Origin: Eledone cirrhosa
Taxonomy: Eukaryota
Direction of reading: 5' to 3'
Assembly (NCBI GenBank): GCA_964016885.1
Contig: OZ024743.1
Location: 103,044,001-103,108,000, forward strand
DNA length: 64,000 nucleotides
The position numbers and the translations under genes are program-made. Under the pieces are notes generated by a model. That model was not told the DNA's origin. It saw nothing but the letters and a program-made list of their open reading frames with translations, and did no database searches. The stretch's first letter is position 1, and each line of letters starts with the position of its first letter. This document shows positions 38,014-52,980 of the stretch, piece by piece.

Positions 38014-38342
38014 AAATATGAATGCGATTGTGGAAAAAAATAGCATACAAGTATGAGTCAGTGTCCTTTGATTTTTTCGGCAAGAACGGAAGACAAATTC
38101 GGACATATTTCATTTTTTTAAGCCTCCTTAGCGAAGCAGAGGCATCACTATATATTCTAGGCAGGGATAAAATAAAAACAAGTTAACTTTAAATATTAAT
38201 GCGGTGATGTGAAAAAAGCATACAATTATGCTATTACTCAATGACTAATAGTAATTGGAATTTTTTCGGCAAGCAAGGACACAAATCTGAACATATTTCA
38301 ATTTTATTAGACCAGCTAAGCGAGGCATAGGCGTCATTATAC
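38014..38342. repeat. Diverged direct tandem duplication (~175-bp unit)
   Basis: AAATAT.AATGCG...AGCATACAA.TATG...ATTTTTTCGGCAAG...CATATTTCA occurs twice. Confidence 0.6.
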
Positions 38343-39068
38343 TTGCCACATTGTTGTTCGACCTTCGTTGTCAATGATGACTGAGATTTATGATCTGTTT
38401 TTATGTTCAGAACAAATACTGCAATGTATTGTATCCGACTATCCGACATATTAACGACTGTGCCTAACCACCGCTTTGCAATAAAAAATAATAAACTTTA
38501 ATTAGATTGGAATAACAGCCTTAAAGCTTATACCGAACAGAAAATATTGCATCTACTACAGAAGAAGAAAAATAAACTACGTAATCTATACATGGTGGCT
38601 GCCAACTCGTTTTCGAGTACGGCCACTACTTTATATCCATGTAGGAGAACCCCTACCGATGCGCTGAACGAGTGTGACTTTTTAGTCCAGCCAGCGACTT
38701 GAAAACTCTTGTACAAACACTACACTTGTGACAATTATTGACACATAGTGCTGGGCCCATGGTACCATGTGACGACAAGTGCAGAGAGATCTCCAGATAT
38801 AAAGCAATGCCTGTGCCGTGAAGCTTTTATAGTGAGCAAAGGCACTGCACAAAGCCAGTCCCACTCTCTTAACCAAGATGATATTTACCAAAAAGAAGAA
38901 CAAGTCAACATCATTGGATACCATCAGGGTTGCAGCTGTTATATCAGAGTTTTCCTTCTCCTAGAATTCTGTCTTGACAAAGGCTAAGGGGTCATCTCTC
39001 CCAGTGATTTTGGATGGCCATACATACATACATACATACATACATACATACATACATACATACATACA

Positions 39069-39099
<31 letters not shown>

Positions 39100-39570
39100 G
39101 TGTAAGAAAGGTTGTAAAGGAAATAAAAACAGTGTACATATAAATGAATATTTGGCCAAACATTTCGTACGAACAGAGACAATCTTTAAAAAGTGTATTA
39201 AGACACTGAGTGTACGGCAAAAAGATTGAGAAGCAGGTGTAAAATATTCTGTGCAAGAGTGTTTAGATGGAATGATTATGAAGTGTCTGAAGGCGGATAC
39301 GGTAGTGTTGGGAAGGCGCGTTGCTTAATAGTTAAGAGGTTCGGCTCAAGATCGTAAAGTCATGAGAACAATTTTTAGCGATACGTTATGTCCTTATGCT
39401 AGACACTATATTTCACGAAGTTCCAGTTCACACAACTGGCAAAAATATATCGGTGTACATCAGCTGCAAGGATCGATTACGGCACATGATACCATGACAG
39501 TTTTCTGTAAAGTTTCGCTTGTATATAAATGTAGCATTAATGTTTAAGTTTAATATATAAACCTTTACCG

Positions 39571-39619
<49 letters not shown>

Positions 39620-39627
39620 TATATATT

Positions 39628-39665
<38 letters not shown>

Positions 39666-39675
39666 TATATATATA

Positions 39676-40734
39676 TAAAATAAAGTTAAATAAAAAGTCA
39701 AATGTTTAAAATTTAGCTTCGTTTATTACTGCTATATATATTTCAGTGACAGCCATCTTTGGCTGTGACCTCTTCAGGCAGTCTGAATTAGTGTGGTATA
39801 GACAAGTACATATGTTGTTGAGGTGCATAATATTGTCAATACTCTGATATGCCCAGTTCCTGATTAGGTTGTTATTTCTCTGAGGAACTGGAATCATATG
39901 AATTCAAACAAACCAATTTCAATGTCAAAGGGCCTCTTCTCCTCTCATTGGTCAGTTGTTAGAACATTCCTCATTCTAAGTGTTGTTATTGTTGGAGTTA
40001 GCTTAAAAAATTGATAAAGTGGTAGAAGGAACAAGGTGGTAAAGGAACAAAATAGCAAAAAAAGTGTCAAATTTCCCATTGGTCAGATTTGAGAGCATTC
40101 CTCAGTCAGAAGTCTATAGAATTTTTTCTGGGGTGAGGCTCCCTGTAGTGTTTGTGTTTGCTATTGTTAAGTACATTTGACCTCTACCATTATTTCGGTA
40201 GTGTTGTTGGTGTTGTGGTCAGCTTATTTCTTGCTGCTGCTGATAATTTAGAAGTATCTGCGTGTGTTTTTTCTTCATACCTCCTGCCACCATCTCTCAA
40301 TGGGGGTTTATTCCATGTATATGAAGAAATATAAGGCAATAAATGAAGAAAACAGAAAATTAATAAATAGAGAATAAAGAATAAAGAATATATGAAAAAT
40401 TGGTGAAAAAGTAATGAAAATGAATATGGAGAAGTGAAAAATAAAATGAAGATTCAAATAAAGTAGGATAAAGTGTGTGTGTGCTATAACCAATCTCAAG
40501 GTTTGAATTCATATGATTCCAGTTCCTCAGTGAAATAACAACCTAACCAGGAACTGGACATATCAGAGTATTGACAAAATTATACACCTCAACAACATAT
40601 GTACTTGTCTATACCACACTAATTCGGACTACCTGAAGAGGTCACAGCCAAAGATGGCTGTCACTGAAATATATATAGCAGTAATAAACGAAGCTAAATT
40701 TTAAACATTTGACTTTTTATTTAACTTTATTTTA
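39676..40734. repeat. Inverted repeat element (~234-bp arms, ~590-bp spacer) between (TA)n tracts
   Basis: Arms 39676-39909 and 40501-40734, a few mismatches; about 90-bp extension after the right arm. Confidence 0.92.
40628..40682 (+). ncRNA. Type I minimal hammerhead ribozyme (mirror copy 39728-39782 on -)
   Basis: ACT(A/G)C-CTGAAGA-GGTCACAGCCA AAGA TGGCTGTCACT-GAAA-TATATA-TA-GCAGT; stem I is perfect in the minus-strand copy. Confidence 0.75.
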
Positions 40735-40875
40735 CATTACTCCGGAGTAACCAAACCAACCTGCGCACTTCGTCGAGTGCTCCAGCCTGCATACTGAGGT
40801 GTTGGTATACAACCAACATATACTCAATATATATATATATATATATATAAGTATATATGTGTGTATATATATAAG

Positions 40876-40948
<73 letters not shown>

Positions 40949-41003
40949 ATATATATTTGTATATACATATATATATATATACACATATATACATATATAT
41001 GTA

Positions 41004-41035
<32 letters not shown>

Positions 41036-42008
41036 CATATGTAGAGGTAACCGAGAATGCTAATGTGTATATAAATTTATATATTTGTTAGTTTATAGTC
41101 GTGTAAATATACCTAATATACATATTTCCCAGTAAATTGGGAACATGATCATGATTGCGACCACAATCGAACAATCCTGACAAAGTCTTTTCACAATTCG
41201 CGATTTTCTATTGCTCCTGGTTCCTTCTCCCTACTGAGGTTTATACCATATGATGAAGGTTTGAGCAAGTCTTCCTCTACTGCGTTTCTGGTGAGTTGGT
41301 TCCCACAATAGTAGCTTGTGTATAACTTCCTGCTTACTTCTCCAGCAATGTCCTGCAAATCGTAACCGTTTTTGTAGAAGTTATGAGGCAAGTTTTCGTA
41401 TAAACTTCATTTGTAATACGTTGATGCCAGTTTATGTTTTTACAACCCTAGTCATTTTAGTATATGCATCATCTAGTTTCTTCTCAAGTGTTTGTGCCAG
41501 GGTCCATGTACCTGATCCAAACAACAACACTAACTCAACAGATGTTTAAAAAAATTATATTTTCTATTTTTCTGTGAAGATCTGACATTTATATTCTTTC
41601 CATTTTGTTCATTGCAACCCAGAGCTTGCAAATTCTAATATGAATGTTCATTTTTAATGATGAACACGATTTGCGCACATTTTGGTTTCCATTCGAAGAT
41701 GTATATATCAACTAAACAATCAGAAGCAGATATTAACCGATGGATACTAAAAAAGGTGTAAATTTATATACACATTTACTCAGTCTCGGTTACCTCAATA
41801 CAAATATAATTTTATCATATCGATACAAATATAATTTTATCATATAATTTTATACTTCGACTGCTTTGCGCACTACTTTAAGATCCAGAAAATGTTGGAA
41901 GCAAAAATTGTATGATTGACCTTATAATCAATTCTAATAATCATACACACACATATATACACTCACATACACATACACACACAAAATATATATATGTATA
42001 CACATATG

Positions 42009-42049
<41 letters not shown>

Positions 42050-42088
42050 ATACATATATACATGTGTGTATGTGTGTGTATAAATATA

Positions 42089-42166
<78 letters not shown>

Positions 42167-42217
42167 TATATAGATAGATAGATGTATATATATACATGTG
42201 TGTATGTGTGTGTATAA

Positions 42218-42249
<32 letters not shown>

Positions 42250-42322
42250 AGATAGATAGATAGATAGATAGATGTATATATAAACATGTGTGTATATTTA
42301 TATGTATATGTATATATATATA

Positions 42323-42496
42323 TATATTAATAAGAGGAATTCCAACTTTGTCTGATTTACTCGTTTTATTTACAATCCTTTAAAATATATATAATATGGT
42401 ATTATAATTCATTATAATACCATATTATATATATTTTAAAGGATTGTAAATAAAACGAGTAAATCAGACAAAGTTGGAATTCCTCTTATTAATATA
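42323..42496. repeat. Perfect palindrome, 86-bp arms with 2-nt centre
   Basis: Centre GGTATTATAAT-TC-ATTATAATACC at 42409-42410; (TA)n flanks. Confidence 0.92.
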
Positions 42497-42546
42497 ATCT
42501 TCTATACACAATCATACACACCCGTGTATATTTACCTATCTATATC

Positions 42547-42794
<248 letters not shown>

Positions 42795-42890
42795 AAATAT
42801 TTGCTCTACGGTTCTTATATATTTGATATATATTTATCCTTATCGAGCCCTCTTTGGATTTTAGTCTTCAATTTTTTATTATTATTACTA

Positions 42891-42926
<36 letters not shown>

Positions 42927-43945
42927 CAAGGCCAGAAAATACTCAGTTTATTACTGGTACTTTATTTTTTATCGACCCCGTAATGATGAAAGGCAAAGTT
43001 AACCTCGGCGGGATTTGAACTCAGAATGGAAAGGGCCGTAACTCTTTGCGTCAAAGCATGGCGTCCGACCCTCTACCGATACTGCCAATCCACCATAATA
43101 TTTATAGGATAGCATCATAGATGATCACGACCTAACAGCAGATATATTGATTTCTAGATTAGGTACAAGGGCGCACATTTTTCTAAAAGGTACAATCGGA
43201 TATTTCGATATTTCAAATATACTGACCTCAATACTTAACTTCGGAATACTGAAAGGCAAGCTTGGCCTTGACGTGATTCAAATTCAGAACGTAACTTGAT
43301 ATGTGTTTTAATATATATGAAGGCAAATATATAAAATATTTTCTTGATTTAATGTATTCTGTATATCAAGATATCTTATAAAATCCTGTACAAATATTTG
43401 TTGGTGCACAAAACATCCACCTAATTTTAAAAGATATTTTAAAAATATTCAGTAACTTAAAAGCTAATTTAGATCTTCGATCGCCATCAGCTTTATCTTT
43501 CTAATTTTACCTGACAAATGTATCCGTACAAAAATTTTCCATACAAATATATAGTGTTAGATGAGTTTATGATGGCTAATTAACAAGAGATTAATGCTAA
43601 AAATATCAGAATAATCAATTGTACAATAATTAGTCACCAGTTAAATTGAATAACTAACTTGTTGGAGGGATATCAGGCGCTGGTGAATTGATATATGTAT
43701 GTGTATTTATATATATATAATTATATATATATAGAGTTGTCTGAGCGTGAATTTTAATTACGAAAGAATGAGCCCTTGATATGTAAACACAGATATATTA
43801 CTTAAAATACATGGCGATTGAGCATATGTATTTCCACAAAGGCTGAACTTTGATGGTGCATGCTAGACCAATCTGGTATGACTAATCATATACCAAGTTT
43901 ATTTGCCATATATTGTATGTAATATATATATATATATATATACAT

Positions 43946-44089
<144 letters not shown>

Positions 44090-45494
44090 ATGTATGTATA
44101 CATATATGTATATAGGATTAGGCCATAAGACAGAAAATATAATGTCGAACTCCGATAAGACAGGATTTTGAAATGTGAAACCGAAAATCCAAGACACCGA
44201 ATATATATTTGAGGAATAAATGATAAAAATACGTTCATCAAACATTTAATCATAGTTTAAGGGGGAAATAATAATTGTTTCTACTTTTAGCACAAGGCCA
44301 CCAATTAACCAGTGTATTACTGGTACTTTACTTTATCGACCCCATAAGGATGAAAGGCAAAGTTAACCTCGGCGGGATTTGAACTCAGAATGGCAAGGGC
44401 CGTAACTCTATAATAATGGTTTCTTATATAGGCACAAGGCCATCAATTTTGGGGGAGGGGAAAGTTGATTAATTCGACCCAGTACGTGACTGGTACTTTA
44501 TTTTATCGACCCCGTAAGGGTGAAAGTCAAAGTTAACCTCGGCGGGATTTGAACTCAGAGCGTAAAGGGCCGTAACTCTATGCTGCAACTTCTTGATAAC
44601 TATATATGTAGTTTTAAGAGGTGTATTTATTTGCCAAATATTAGTTATGCTAAAAAATAGATGTAAAATAATGCTAATAAAAATATCAAAATTATCACTC
44701 TATTCGGAAAATATAAAAAAATATAGACATATATTTCGAGGATGCATTCTTTAAGATGAGTATGTTTGTCAAATAAATACGCCATTTAAAAACCATGCCT
44801 AACTAAAACAAAAAATATTATCATTATTAAGACGTTATTATAAAACGGTGTCCTCAGTGCTCGCATTGCCGATTTCCTCCGTAAATTCCGGAAAGGCAGC
44901 AGCCCGCCTGAGGAAAAGGCCCCGCTAGGCGGGATGGCTGTTGCAGCGGGTGACGATGGCTATTCTCCGTGGCAACGCCCTCGACACAGACGAGACACAG
45001 CCCGAGACACAGCCCGAGACACAGCCGAATCACCGCTCAGACTGAGGTGTAGCGTCTGTCCCCCACCATTCTTTTTTTCGTTCCTGAAGTCTTTTTATTT
45101 TCTTCTTTCCCTTTATTTTTTTTATATATATATTTTTGTTTGTTGGGGGGGGGGGGGGGGCTCATTTAAATATTATTATCTTTAATTATAAATATTATTG
45201 AATATATTGTTAAGACATTATATCATATTTCCCTTATAAAGTTATATCTACATTTATTTTAAATGTAAGTAAGTATAAATAAATATGACTTTTATAAACT
45301 AGAAATAAATGTATTTATATGCACTATATATTCGGTATTTTCAATTTTCGGTTTATCAAGCTATTGGTGTTCTTGTTTTTTTTTAATGCTATAAAAATAC
45401 GAGATATTGAGAGCTCTGGATTATGAAATACATTGCTATGATCTACACTTATATATATATATATATATTATATGTATATTATATACATATATAT

Positions 45495-45772
45495 ATCTAA
45501 GTCTAAAGTCTGCCTTGAGCCAGAAAGCTCATTTGGCCGGTGCTTATCCCGGTTTCGTGGCGTGAAGCGACTGAGAGTACAAGACTCCCCCCTGGACAGG
45601 ACGCCAGTCCATTGCAGGGTTAAACCTCCAGCTATTGCTGGTACTCATTTTCAGCTGAGTATACTGGAGCAACGTGAAATGAAATGTTTTGCTCAAGAAC
45701 ACAACACGCAGCCCAGGAATCGAACCCACGACATTATGATCGTAAGTCCAACACTAGGCCACGTGCCTCCAC
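45495..45772 (-). mobile_element. tRNA-derived CORE-like SINE with a different 3' tail
   Basis: TGGCCTAGTG A box, GGTTCGATTCC B box, TTCTTGAGCAAAACATTT core, AGACTT-type tail. Confidence 0.75.
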
Positions 45773-45958
45773 TCATATATATATACATGTGTTTAATATA
45801 TTTAACTATAATGTTTGATGTAGCCCATGTCTGTATTATAGGGTATATATATATATATATATGTATACTACAGACATAGCCTACATCAAAATATTTATTT
45901 AAATGCATTATATACTTACATGCATATAAATAGATGCATACACACACACACGCGCATA

Positions 45959-47186
<1,228 letters not shown>

Positions 47187-47423
47187 TGCAAGTTGCAATT
47201 AGTTTAAAAGCTTAATAGTTATATAACCACGCCTTCATGTAATAAAACTTGACAGCTGTGATAAGTGAATGTTAATACAAACACTTGGGTGTGTTTACTG
47301 ACGCAAGTGAATGGAAGCAATGCATATTCTACATATGTTATTCTTTCTGTTGAAGGATTTTTTTCATCAAATGGAGAAAGGCAGCTAAAATCAATTTTTT
47401 TTTTCTTTACGAATATCGTCTTT

Positions 47424-48320
47424 TTAAGTTATCACTTCTTCATTTATAATATCAATGTGTACAAGAGGTTTTTTATCGTTCTTCGGAATGTGCCGTTTAG
47501 AAGTGTCATTAATACTTATAATTGTTTCCAAACATCTGTTAGTTGGCATTGTAACTTGTTGTTGGGATTTCAAGTATGACAAATTCGCTTGCAAAGGTAT
47601 CATTTCCGATGCTTCGTCGATTCTTTTCGGATTTGAAAGGTGTCCATCGGTAAATGCCAATATAGCACCTGTCATTGGTTTCATCTGTAGGATATTCTGT
47701 GCAGCATAGCAACCATTTTCATCGGGAAAAGTATTGTTGTAGTCGTTTGATGCTGTCAAAGGTAATGTTTTATTTATGTTAGTGTTAAACGAAGCCATGC
47801 TGGAGACTGATGGCGTTGGACCGACTCCAAGCCCCGATACATCATTAAAATTGTGTTCAGTACAATTAGAGATATTTGCTAAACAGCAATGGTGTGTCGC
47901 CTGATTAAATTGTGGTATATTGTTTGTAGCTGTATTCAAAGAGCTTGTTGGACCATCCATTCCGCAATTACCAGAGTTAGCTCCACCGCTGTTGTTATTT
48001 AGATACATATTAGTGGTAATTGTACTCATTTTATTAAGAATTTTCTCTCTGCGATCTTTTTTCCTAAGTAGTGCCATTTCCTTTAGATATGTTCGTAACT
48101 GATTATCTTGTTGATTTTTCCTAATATGTGATGCAATCATAAATACAATGGAAAAGCCGTATATAAATATGACAGCAACAACATAATAAAGAGAGCCTAT
48201 ATTGTCTACCTCGTCTTGCATTGATAGAGTGTAATTGAGTGTTGACTCTTCTGTAGCTACTGTCGATTGTTTCGTCATTGAACTGTTCAACAGAACAGCT
48301 CCAGTTAGAGAAATACCCAT
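47424..48320 (-). CDS. Single-pass membrane protein, 298 aa, intronless CDS (KCNE-like topology; uncharacterised)
   Basis: Non-repetitive 897-bp ORF with accATGg context. Splice acceptor ctttttatttcttttcCAG gives an exon start at 48396, with an in-frame upstream stop. N-glycosylation sequons NSS and NYT, TM helix LYYVVAVIFIYGFSIVFMIA, basic juxtamembrane helix, N/S/T-rich tail. Confidence 0.8.
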   Translation of the reverse strand: MGISLTGAVLLNSSMTKQSTVATEESTLNYTLSMQDEVDNIGSLYYVVAVIFIYGFSIVFMIASHIRKNQQDNQLRTYLKEMALLRKKDRREKILNKMSTITTNMYLNNNSGGANSGNCGMDGPTSSLNTATNNIPQFNQATHHCCLANISNCTEHNFNDVSGLGVGPTPSVSSMASFNTNINKTLPLTASNDYNNTFPDENGCYAAQNILQMKPMTGAILAFTDGHLSNPKRIDEASEMIPLQANLSYLKSQQQVTMPTNRCLETIISINDTSKRHIPKNDKKPLVHIDIINEEVIT

Positions 48321-49899
48321 GGTTATCTTGTAGAAGGTATCTAAATTTTCGCTGCAAGGAATTTGGTTTTCGCGGCTCTGTTAATCGACCATTTGACTGG
48401 AAAAGAAATAAAAAGTGATAAATATGATGTATTAACAGAAATGAAAACGAAAAAAAAACCAAAACAACAACATTAGAATGATTTTTTATTGGTTAAGTTT
48501 GGACCATGGAATTCGCAGACCCTACGGGACCGCATGAAATTGATAGCGTTATCGTTCCGTTTCAAATATTATTCGTCGGTGATGGCAAGAAAATAACATT
48601 CAAGGAAAGAATTCGAGAGGGCCAAACATTCTTGAAAGGAACTGTACAATATCAATAACGAGAGAAGAGAGATGGGAATCGGAAGAGCTTGAGTGTGGGG
48701 GGGGGGGGGGTACAAGAGCAAACAGTTTTGAGAAAAGGAAGCTACAGTAGTGGCGGTGTAAAAAGAACAGAGAGAAGGCCGCACAAACTTTGGGAGGAGA
48801 TAGTGTGTGTTTATAAATAAGTGATTTTATGGTAATCAGTCAAGCAGACAGTATGTAAATGCAGTCTAGAATTTAAAATGTGTTGTGTTTTTTGTTGTTG
48901 TTGTTGTTTCTTCAATGTATCTACGCCTTTAAACATAAGGAATTCTGGAAGAATATTTCAATAGAAACAACAATCCAGTTGAAAGACAATGTGTCGGATT
49001 TTCTTCTTCCTAACTTGAAGGAAAAGCCATGCACTGTTGTAGAGCTGTGAATGTCTAGTCCAAAGTTGTGGGGAAAGTAAACATGTATGGCGAACAAATA
49101 CCAATTCACAGCTCTTGAATCCTGAATATACATATTTTCCACCTATTGCTATAGGGGAGTTAGACATCGTAAAAAAAAAACGATTTACTGGAAATTGAGG
49201 AAGTTTTCCCAGAGAGAACGAAGTAAGCTGATCCGTAATCTCCACATCAAAAATCGATTTGTAGTGCAAGCATGATTTTCAAAAATCTTCCCATGATTCA
49301 ATATACGAGTTTCACAAAGTGATCACATGCAACGCCATCACAATTGTCCATGCCGTATAGAGACGCATATATATAAAAGTAATCACACACACCCAAGCAC
49401 AAAAGAGACCTGCAAGCACATTGATATTCACACATGCAACCTCATATGTGCACACATTAACTCGCTTTCATATATTCACAAATTTCTCGAACTCTTTTGA
49501 CTCAAAGAAAGACGCATTGTCACTTTGATAGTGCCCGGCATGAATTCTGCGAAGAACTTAAATATTAAGTATTAAAGAAAACACATACATAGGTAATCTT
49601 CTATTATTTTCTTTCTAAATTCAACTCAATATATTAGTTTCCATAACATTAAAACAATTGAAACGATTGTGATATCTATTTAATGTTACTACAATAAAGT
49701 TGATCTAGGATTCGCACTTAAACCCCGCACTCTATGACCAAACTTAACCTTCTAATCTATATGTTTAACCTTAGTATATATGAAACAGAAGAAATTGCTA
49801 TTTCATGCGGAATTATTTTATTCCAAATGAAGAGGAAGAAAAGCGGGAAAATGAGGTTTGAGTGGAGGAGGGTGTTGTGGTAATGAAAGGATTTAATAA

Positions 49900-50305
49900 A
49901 GTGTTTTAGAGCATGTTGTATGTTTGTTGTTATTGTTGTAATCGGCTCCAATGATGTGACCATCGGCAACGTTGTTCTTGAAGTTGATGTCGTCGTCTTC
50001 GGTATGGCCGCCGTCGTCTTCATTAACGTACTTTGATGTCTTCGATGTTGCCGCCATCGTCAATGTTATTGTTGTTGTTATAGGCATTGTTGTTGTTATT
50101 GTTGAGTTGATGTCGATAAGGTCATGGTCAATTGTCACCCTCGCTGTCTTTCTATTTGCCGTCACCGTTATCGTTATTGCCGTTGTTTTGCCGGTGTTAT
50201 TGTTTTTGTTGTTATTATTGATATTAGCATTGTTCTTGCTGTTGTTGTTGTTGTTGATGATGATGTTGATATTGGCATTGTTTTTACTCCTGCTGTTGTT
50301 TAAAT
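49900..50305. repeat. Degenerate (GTT/GAT)n low-complexity tract
   Basis: Trinucleotide-derived sequence producing spurious hydrophobic or Thr-rich ORFs. Confidence 0.7.
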
Positions 50306-52289
50306 TATGAATGTATTATATACACGGTGAAGAAACCAATTTTGCATGTGAGGGCATAGTTTATTGGTAAATCAATAGCATATTGAATGTGAGGGATCGA
50401 GTTAATTGGTAGACAACAAGTATATTGGGTGTGGGAGTTATATTGTAGTAGTAGAACACCAGTATATTAGGTATAGAAGTTATATTTTATTGGTAAAACA
50501 TAAATATATTAGTAGATATAATTAAATGCTAATGAAGGAGATTCTATGTGTGCGGTCAACCTCCTAGAAATATCAGCAAGGTTACTAATTCATGTGGGTG
50601 ACAACTGAGACACTATAATAACATTTTTTTAGTAATGTATTTTAACTAGATTGGTTTCTGCCAGGAATATGAAGTGGCGTCATTTATTGATATGGAAATG
50701 GTCACAACTATTTGGCGGTTGTTTTCATAAACGTATACGCCCTTGAAGTACGACTTATGAAATACTGCTGGAAAGTTAAACCCACAAGTGCTTTTTTAGG
50801 ATTCCAAGCGTGGCTTTGTGGTTAAGTATTTCGCCATGTGACCTGCACATGTTCTTGTTTGTGTTGTGTGGTAGACCTAAAATGTTGCCTAATTTTTGTA
50901 TCTCAACCTAGCTCATCGCTGCGTTAATCAGAGTCCACTCTATTGCAAGGATTTGTTGTTATTATTGATATTAGCGTGTGTATAAAGAACAGTTCATTTG
51001 TTTGTGTGAATGCGTATATGTGTGTGTATTTATTTTTAATTCGATGTCAATACTCTGATACTGGTCTATTGAAAATGAGTCTTAACATTTGCTTAGACTA
51101 TATAAGGTATTATTTAAACGGAACGTAATACAAGATAAATAAGATATGCATAGTAACAAAATATGAAACCTAACACCTGCAAGGAAATTGAAACCATTAT
51201 CAAAGTAATAATTGTTTCTACTTTAGGCACTAGGCCAGTAATTACCCAGTGCATTACTGGTACTTTATTTTATCGACCCCGTAAGGATGAAAGGCAAAGT
51301 CAACCTCGGCGGGATTTGAACTCAGATCGTAAAGGGACGTAACTATGCTGGAAAGCATGGCGTCCGACCCTCTACCGATATAATGAAGTTTTACTACATA
51401 AAAGAGAAATTTTACAGTGGCTCTGATGTGCATTGGAAATATGCATAGAAAATGTGCACTGAAAATATACATTGAATAATATGCCTTATAAAAAGAATTG
51501 GAACACCATGAGAAACAGAAAAGGCGTCTAATTATTGAACCGTATGAAAACTGTTGAGGCGTTCAAAACCTTACACTTTGTTTTGATGTAAAATCTATTC
51601 ATCAAACATGCTCGTTGCTCTTTAACATGTCAAAATATCTTGGTGTTTATATTTCCTTTCTTTATTTCCCAATTGTCAATTACCATAACGTCTCTTCTAT
51701 AAATTGTGTTCTTGACAGGTCAAAGTAAAGTGTATTTGAAATGAAATGAATACCGATATTTCCCTCTATTCAAATTTTAAATGCGTGTAATTCTAGCAAA
51801 TGAACAGTCACGACATGCAACATGTCAGGGTAGAAAATCTAGAACAAAGCCATCTAGTGCTAATTGCTATTGGGAGTTGAAAAGGGAAAGCTAGTCGTAT
51901 ATGAATTGTTTTTTTTTTCAAATGTGAAGTCAGTCATAATGTATGGCGTCAAGACGTGGTGATATATGGAAACCAGCTTAAAGAGGTTATTGACCTGCAA
52001 ACAATGGCCTCAGTGAGTGTGAGAAGGGATATTAGATTTCATTATCTACTGTATCGTCTCTTGATATTCTGAACTCCATTTTCTGTGATGAAGTTTGCCA
52101 CGTTTTTAAGAGATATCCGGTGTTTCATAATAATCTCTGAAATTTAGACACCCCTGTAACTATTTAAAACAAGGTAGTAATGAATCACACAATATATAAA
52201 GTGATATGTAAATATGGATTGTAAGGTAGGTGAGCATGTAAGCTTGGTGGACTGCGGTTGTAAATTACCTCATAACTTCTTTAAATTAT

Positions 52290-52980
52290 TAGATAAAAGC
52301 TTTCCGCCAGAAAAACAGTAAGACTCTCATACATTACTACAACTAAATTGGAAAGCGTCATAGCAGGATTAAACAATAAACGCTTTCACAAACAATAATA
52401 ATACTCAAACCTCAACTCGACGCATTATTTTGTCTTCATCGCAACCTACTTCACTTTATTAAACCAATAATAGGAATAACAACCGTACATACTTGTCACA
52501 GCCCGCTGGCACATATAGCATTACCCTAAATATTAAGACAAAAAGAGACCTTAACCGACCTGCACTGGTAAAATGTAACTACAGACAACCCACTAGATGA
52601 CCCCTAACGAGTGAAGCATAAATAACAATATCGTGTACCAGCTCAAAATTACCACAATCCTAGGGACATACAAATATGTGGGGGTCATCTAATTTCTCTA
52701 AGAAAAGATGGTATGTGCAAACTCACTCTTTTAAAATTCCGAGCTTCACAAATCTACTGCGTTGGCTAAAACAAAATATAGGACTTAAAGCACGAAAAAG
52801 TGGAGTACCGGCTATCGCGGTCGATTCTATGCTTTTCCCATCCATATCGACGTGAAAGGAAGGATTGTAAACATGGTGTAACGGAAGTGTTTGAAATCAT
52901 GACCGGGAAAAATGTACTAAATTCTAGACAGGATAGAATATTCAATTGGAAGAATACATACATTTTCCAAGCTAACCTAT
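52290..52980 (+). mobile_element. Heavily decayed PLE linker and GIY-YIG remnant
   Basis: Frameshifted RKTVRLSYITTTKLESVIAGLNNK, KCNYRQPTR*PL, NIVYQ, YVG, KRW, STALAK; same endonuclease type as 35010-35468. Confidence 0.6.

Noticed and set aside
49893-50310. Hydrophobic and Thr-rich ORFs
   Set aside because: Derived from degenerate trinucleotide repeats.
52570-52620. TGA at a Cys position (R*PL) as possible selenocysteine recoding
   Set aside because: The copy is riddled with frameshifts and stops, no SECIS is evident, and the intact PLE has no in-frame TGA.
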